A model generated the notes under the pieces. That model saw nothing but the letters and a program-made list of their open reading frames with translations. It was not told where the DNA came from and ran no database searches. Positions 33,067-38,259 of a stretch of 38,259 bases of DNA are shown here, piece after piece. The DNA comes from Octopus bimaculoides (lineage: Eukaryota), in assembly GCF_001194135.2 (NCBI RefSeq), contig NC_068987.1, positions 39,068,654-39,106,912 on the forward strand, written 5' to 3'. Every line of letters starts with the position of its first letter. Position 1 is the first letter of the stretch. Position numbers and translations under genes: made by a program.

Positions 33067-33760
33067 GAAGAGCTTTGCTTTTGTCCTTATGTCAGAAGGA
33101 AGCTATATGATTGGCATTCTCCTTCATATAATCCAATATAGGTCTTCTTATCTATTGTTTTGTCATCTGGTGTTGCAGTAACTTCTGCCACATATATGAC
33201 AGATTTGATCATACATCAGTGATCAAGTGGACAGCCATGTATGGAATTTAAAATCTAACACAACACCACATGATTAAGTGAAAAATAATTGAAAAATCCA
33301 CACTTTATGTTAATGGATCAAATAAAAGTAAGCTATGTTTAGCTGATAGAGCTCAGATCCTTTTCAGATCTAAGATCCCTTACTCACTACTGAACTCTAG
33401 GTCTGAAATTTTCTGCAATTGTAAACATATTTCGAAGGACACTTTGAAGAATTGGAAAATTTTGCCTATACCTGATTAACTTGATATCTTTCCAGCCTTA
33501 TAATTTAAGGTCTAAGGAGGATAGCTCTTTTACCTTTTTTACTTTCCCATTTTCCATTTTTCATTTTTCCTTTTTTAACCTTCCACATTTTCTATATGCT
33601 TCCTTCTCAACTTTTCATGTTTCTTCTCTCATTCAATTTTTAGTTCGTTATGATAAGTGTTTTGTGCCTGATGAATATGTTTGAGGTATTTCTCAACATA
33701 TGAAACTATTGGTAACACATAATAACATGTGTCTATTAAATAATATTTATCTCTCACCAG
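33067..33760 (+). mobile_element. Second Penelope-like family remnant (GIY-YIG with inverted 5' part, 3' UTR, hammerhead)
   Basis: Minus 33067-33237: CPLDH*CMIKSVIYVAEVT...KTYIGL. Plus 33238-33479: KIIEKSTLYVNGSNKSKLCLAD...LLNSRSEIFCNCKH. Followed by a pyrimidine-rich UTR and a hammerhead. Confidence 0.85.
33664..33719 (+). ncRNA. Type I minimal hammerhead ribozyme, intact core
   Basis: CTGATGA 33668-33674; stem II ATATGTTTGAG/CTCAACATAT; GAAA 33702-33705; short stem III; GTA cleavage triplet 33712-33714; stem I TGTG/CACA. Confidence 0.85.
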
Positions 33761-34172
33761 ATAGAGTACTTTTTTTTGTTGATCTTACCATCATGAAACA
33801 GTATATTACATATATGAATATATGTCTATACATGTGAATAGTAAAATGGCAGATAGTTTCTCTCAACTTTCTTGCTAAGTCCTGTGCAAGCCTCACTGGC
33901 CCTAGTGTATTACATAGAAAATTAGCAATTGGTTTTCAGTTTCACTTTTGGAGATTTACATATCAGATCAAAACTAAAACAGCTACGCAAATTGATTTAT
34001 TTTTTATTTTTACTTTATTCTTGTTCTCCAGCATCCCTAATTGTTGCTGCTCCTTTGATATATGTGATGATATAATTTAGTCAAATTTCCTTCAGTCTCC
34101 CCTTCAGCCTTCACTCTCAGTTTATCTCTTTCTCATCTAGCAATCTGTTGATCTCTCCTTTAGTTATGACTT

Positions 34173-35284
34173 TCAGTTCCCATCATAAGTTGCAAAAGCT
34201 CGAGCAACAGATTCAGCAGAAATGTCTACTATTGGAATGGCTTTTGGCCAGCTGGAGAAGCGATCGACACAGGTCAAGATATAAGAGAACCTGCAACTCA
34301 TAGACCATGCTCCAGCCAGATCAATGTGGACATGGCACAAACGGGCCTCTGGAGGAGAAAACTGTCCAAGCGGAGCACGAATGTCCAAGAAGTAATTGTG
34401 CGACGCATATTTGACCAGAAAAAAACGAGCTGTGATAAGCTTAAGTGTAGCAGCGATGCCCGGATGCGATAAGGAGTGCAGGGCCTCAAACACCGAGCGT
34501 TGGTGATTCTCAGGTACGAGTGGCCTGGGAGAACCAGTAGAAGTTTCACAAAGAATAGTGCCTTCAGCCAACGAAAGCAGAAGATAGGCAAATTGGCAAC
34601 AGGAGAATTTGGGAGAAGTTAAATCTAACTTCGCCAAAGCTGGTTAGTCCTGCGAAATGGCAGTCAAATCGATTGCAACGGGAGATGAAAGATGTGGACA
34701 CCTCAAAATGTGCTCTTTTAAGCCGATCTACAGAGACGGTCTCCGTACGACCATTCAGATCGATCGTAAAACTTTGAGTGTGCGAGAAAGCACACGAAAG
34801 GGTCCTTTGTAAGGAGAAACAAAAGGTCTCTTGACAGAGTCATCCCGAGGAAAACATGCGACCAAGAGTCAATATCTGATGGGACATTAGAGGGTGGAGT
34901 TTGGCCTCGGAACCCATGGGTAGAAGATTAGAAAAATAGGTGCGAAGTCTGGCGACGTACGACGCCGGATCATGAAGCTGTGTCGTGTTGTCGCTTGAAC
35001 TGGCTGTGTGCTCTGTGGTCAGCGGCTAAACCTCAGAAGGTCTGGAGCCGAGAAGGCTGACAAACGTGACGGTGAAAAGTTAGCTATTTGTAAGATACTA
35101 TTAGCTCAAACTAAGGTTCAGAAAGATTGTCCCACCTGACCTTATCTGAAGGCGGCGATTGGTTGGGTTGCACCCTGGCGCGAAATAGAACAGGAGACAA
35201 AAAATGCGCCAATATCAACCAATCAGAGTGGTGGACACAACAGGGTCCAAAAGTGCGGCCAAAGACTAGCTGCTATCCACTACG
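34173..35284 (-). mobile_element. Rearranged Gypsy remnant: partial LTR + integrase C-terminal piece + integrase N-terminal piece
   Basis: 34980-35284 aligns with the solo LTR U3/R. About 34660-34975 reads SPYKGPFRVL...TVSVDRLK. 34173-34660 reads TILCETSTG.PRP.VP...LHSLSHPG...HVHIDL.G...LTCVDRFSSWP. Confidence 0.88.
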
Positions 35285-35303
35285 TCCGCACTCATGTATA
35301 TAT

Positions 35304-35305
<2 letters not shown>

Positions 35306-35345
<40 letters not shown>
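35306..35345. repeat. (GA)n microsatellite
   Basis: Directly visible. Confidence 0.97.
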
Positions 35346-35349
<4 letters not shown>

Positions 35350-35354
35350 AAGAG

Positions 35355-36070
35355 AAGTACGCTATATATGTAATTAATGCAAAAAAAGAAGTTATTTTTG
35401 AACTTTCACAGATAGCAAATATGGACGAGGTCTCTCTGACATTTGATGTGCCAGTAGAACCAAGGGTGCTAAAACTGTGACTGTTAACACATGTAGCCAT
35501 GAAAAGATACACTACACAGTTGTATTAGCATGCTGCACTGATGGCACAAAACTGCTACCTTTTTCAATTTTTAAAAGAAGGACATTGCCTAAAGAAAGGA
35601 TACCCAATAGCATTTATGTTCATATTCACCCAAAAGGTTGGATGGATGAGGGAGGAATGAGACTGTGACTTGATAAAGTGTGGTCTAGGCATCCTGGCGG
35701 GCTACTACAGAAACCTGCCTTATTAGTTTGGGACCAGTTTCGGGATCATAGAATTAAGTGTGTCAAGAGGAAACTTGGAGAACTGAAAACCGATTTAGCT
35801 GTAATTCCAGGAGGCCTAACCAGCCAGTTACAGCCTTTAGATGTTTCAATCAATAAACCATTTAAAAGATTCATGCAGGAGGAGTGGAGCAAGTGGATGC
35901 AGTCTTCAGATTTTGAAATGACACCAACAGGAAGGAAGAGGCCTACTATTACACAGGTGTGTTAGTGGGTAAAAAGTTCATGGGATGCTGTAAAAGAAGA
36001 AGTAGTTGTGAAATCATTTTAAATGTGGCATTAGTAATGCTCTTGATGGCACCATAGACAATTTATTGTT
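35355..36070 (+). pseudogene. pogo-family (POGK-like) DDE transposase remnant
   Basis: IANMDEVSLTFD, TVVLACCTDGTKL..F.IFK, KGWMDE, LLVWDQFRDH, VIPGGLTSQLQPLDVSINKPFK. Confidence 0.92.
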
Positions 36071-36224
36071 TGAAGAAGATATTATGGCTAAGATACTATT
36101 GCAGAAAATTTCATTGATGAAGAGAGTACCAACAATATTGACGGCAACAGTGTGAATGACTAATTGTAACTATCTATTGGAATTCATCACATTTATTGTA
36201 CTTTACTGATTGGTTTGTACCAGT

Positions 36225-36859
36225 TTTTATCAGCACCTTGCTATACGGCAGTGAGACTTGGTACCTTTACGTCAGACAAGAGCGCCGCCTGAATGCCTTC
36301 CATCTGCGCAACCTTTGGAGTATTCTCGGGGTCAAGTGGAACGACTGCGTCATCAACAAGATACTCACCCGTTCCCAGCTATTAACTACTTTCACACTAC
36401 TTCGGCAACGCCGTCTCCGCTGGCTGGGACAGGTGCACCGGTGCCTGATGGGAGGTTACCGAAAGATATACTGTATGGGGAGCTAGCCTCCGGCAGACAT
36501 ACTCGCGGACGACCACATTTCCGTTTCAAGGACGTATGCAAACGTGACATGAAAGCCATGAGTATGAATACCAAAACCTGTGAGAACATGGCAAAAGACC
36601 GTTCCTGCTGGAGACAGACGCTGAGTACCACCATGAGGGAAAGAGAAAATCACACACGTGATAGACGGAGACGCAGAGGACAAACGGAAACACAGGAAGA
36701 CCGAACTACCAACAAACGACTAGCCGACCAACCACATTTGCAACCGTTGCAGCCGTGATTGCCTCTCACGCATTGGTCTTGTCAGTCACAAGCGATGCTG
36801 CAATACCAGTCCAATTCAAGGTGCAGATCCATAGTCTTTCGCGACTAATAGATGCCAAT
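36225..36859 (+). mobile_element. 3' fragment of RTE/BovB-like LINE
   Basis: STLLYGSETW, RLNAFHLR, RQRRLRWLG, DGRLPKDILYGEL..G....GRP..RFKDVCKRDMK, CNRCSRDCLSRIGLVSH, and terminal CCATAGTCTTTCGCGACTAATAGATGCC. Confidence 0.9.
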
Positions 36860-36889
36860 CATGTGTATGTATGTATGTATGTATGTATG

Positions 36890-38259
36890 TGATTTCACAT
36901 CCTTGAGTTCCCTATGCAATACATCTCTCTCCTGTGGCTTTGCTGACAAATAGCGTGACAAAGTACATCTTTTAACAGCCAATAAATCATCTATATGTTC
37001 ATCATTTTCTTTAAACCAATCTTTGTATCAATCCCAGAACATACCTGCCTATATCATAAACTGACTTTCCGAGGGTCGACCAATCTTCCCCAAAATCTGC
37101 AACATTCATTTCCTCTCGTAAAGTTCTCTTTACGTCATTACAACTAAGACGAGCAACATTCAGTCTTTTTGGCAGGGTAATACCCGCAGCCCGGATTTTA
37201 CGTTTTGTGATTAATTTGACTTTTGTAGATATGGTGTTTACATCCATTATCGAACCTCCGGCAGCATATTTAATATCAGGCGCTTTGCTACAAAAACAAA
37301 GGTATTTACCTCTATCATAAGAGACCTTTTGTATGCAGATGATTGTGATTTAGTAGCGCACACAGAGATTGATATGCAACACATTTTGAATGCATTCTCT
37401 GATCCTTGCACTGCCTTAGGAATGACAGTCAATCTCAAGAAAACTGTTTTCATGTACCAACCTGCCCCTGGTAAGCAGTATATTGAACCAAATATCTTTG
37501 TGTATGGTAAACGACTTGATGTAGTTGATCAGTTTGTCTACCTGGGAAGCACTGTTAATAGATATAGCAATTTGGATAATGAAATTCCTTACAGAATTAG
37601 GAAAGCAAGTGATGCTTTCGGAAGGCTAGAAAAGCATCTCTGGGGTCGGCGAGACATATGCAGGAAGACAAAGATAAAGGTGTACAAGGCATGTGTACTC
37701 TCTTCTCTTCTTTATGCCTGCGAGACCTGGATCACACATCGATACAACTTGAACGTTTCCATCAGATGTGTCTCAGACGGATCTATGGCATTAAGTGGGA
37801 GGACCGCATCAGTGATATTGAGATATTGGAAAGCTCTCGGTGTGAAAGTATAGAAGCTCTTGTGTTGAAGCAAAGGCTCAGATGGAGTGGTCATCTGGTC
37901 AGGATGAAAAATTCAAGGATGCCAAAACAACTCTTTTAGGGAGAGTTAGCTAAAGGAGAACAACCTCCACATAAACCAAAAATAGAGATATAAAGACTTG
38001 CTGAAGGTTTACTTGAGAGAGGCCAACATCTCTCCTAACACATGGAAAGGCATAGCTATTGACCGTGGCAGGTGGAGAAGGATTGTGCATGAGGGGACAA
38101 CTACTTTTGAGAAATCATGAATTACACATGAGAAATTAAGGAGGGATGTCAGGAAGGGCATTGTCATTGCACTTCCAGATGGAAAGGGTCTTCCTATGAC
38201 ACTGACATGCACTCTCTGTGCAAGACCGTGCCTCAGTAAAGCTGGACTCATGAGTCATC
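36890..38259 (+). mobile_element. RTE-like LINE with inverted upstream piece (36890-about 37228 minus; about 37230-38259 plus), running off the window
   Basis: Minus: KVKLITKRKIRAAGITLPKRLNVARL...KDWFKENDEHIDDLL. Plus: GVYIHYRTSG..FNIRRF.TKTK...DLLYADDC, FVYLGS, RLRWSGH, CTLCARPCLSKAGLMSH. Confidence 0.9.

Overview
This is AT-rich animal genomic DNA with four N-gaps and many microsatellites. The SINE and LINE tails resemble repeats I recall from octopus/cephalopod genomes, which is an inference that needs BLAST. I found no intact host gene, prokaryotic operon or CRISPR array. The window is a dense, nested graveyard of decayed transposons. It holds a near-complete Ty3/Gypsy element (about 2.75-6.45 kb) and several copies of one RTE-type LINE family with (GAT)n tails and a PHD-finger-like C4HC3 motif inside the RT region. 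Other RTE-like LINEs are also present, one with three C-terminal C2H2-like fingers. A large Penelope-like element (RT + GIY-YIG, pseudo-LTRs) is joined head-to-head with an inverted copy. Smaller pieces include a 1-kb solo LTR, Tc1, Tigger/pogo, Helitron and RLE-LINE fragments, and tRNA-derived SINEs. The most notable observations are two Penelope-associated minimal hammerhead ribozymes (33664-33719 with an intact core, 11089-11171 degenerate), twin-priming-type 5' inversions in both RTE and Penelope copies, the PHD-in-RT LINE, the multi-zinc-finger LINE tail, and a solo LTR that landed in a 23-bp fold-back palindrome. All protein calls come from motif recognition by eye, and all elements look inactivated by stops or frameshifts.
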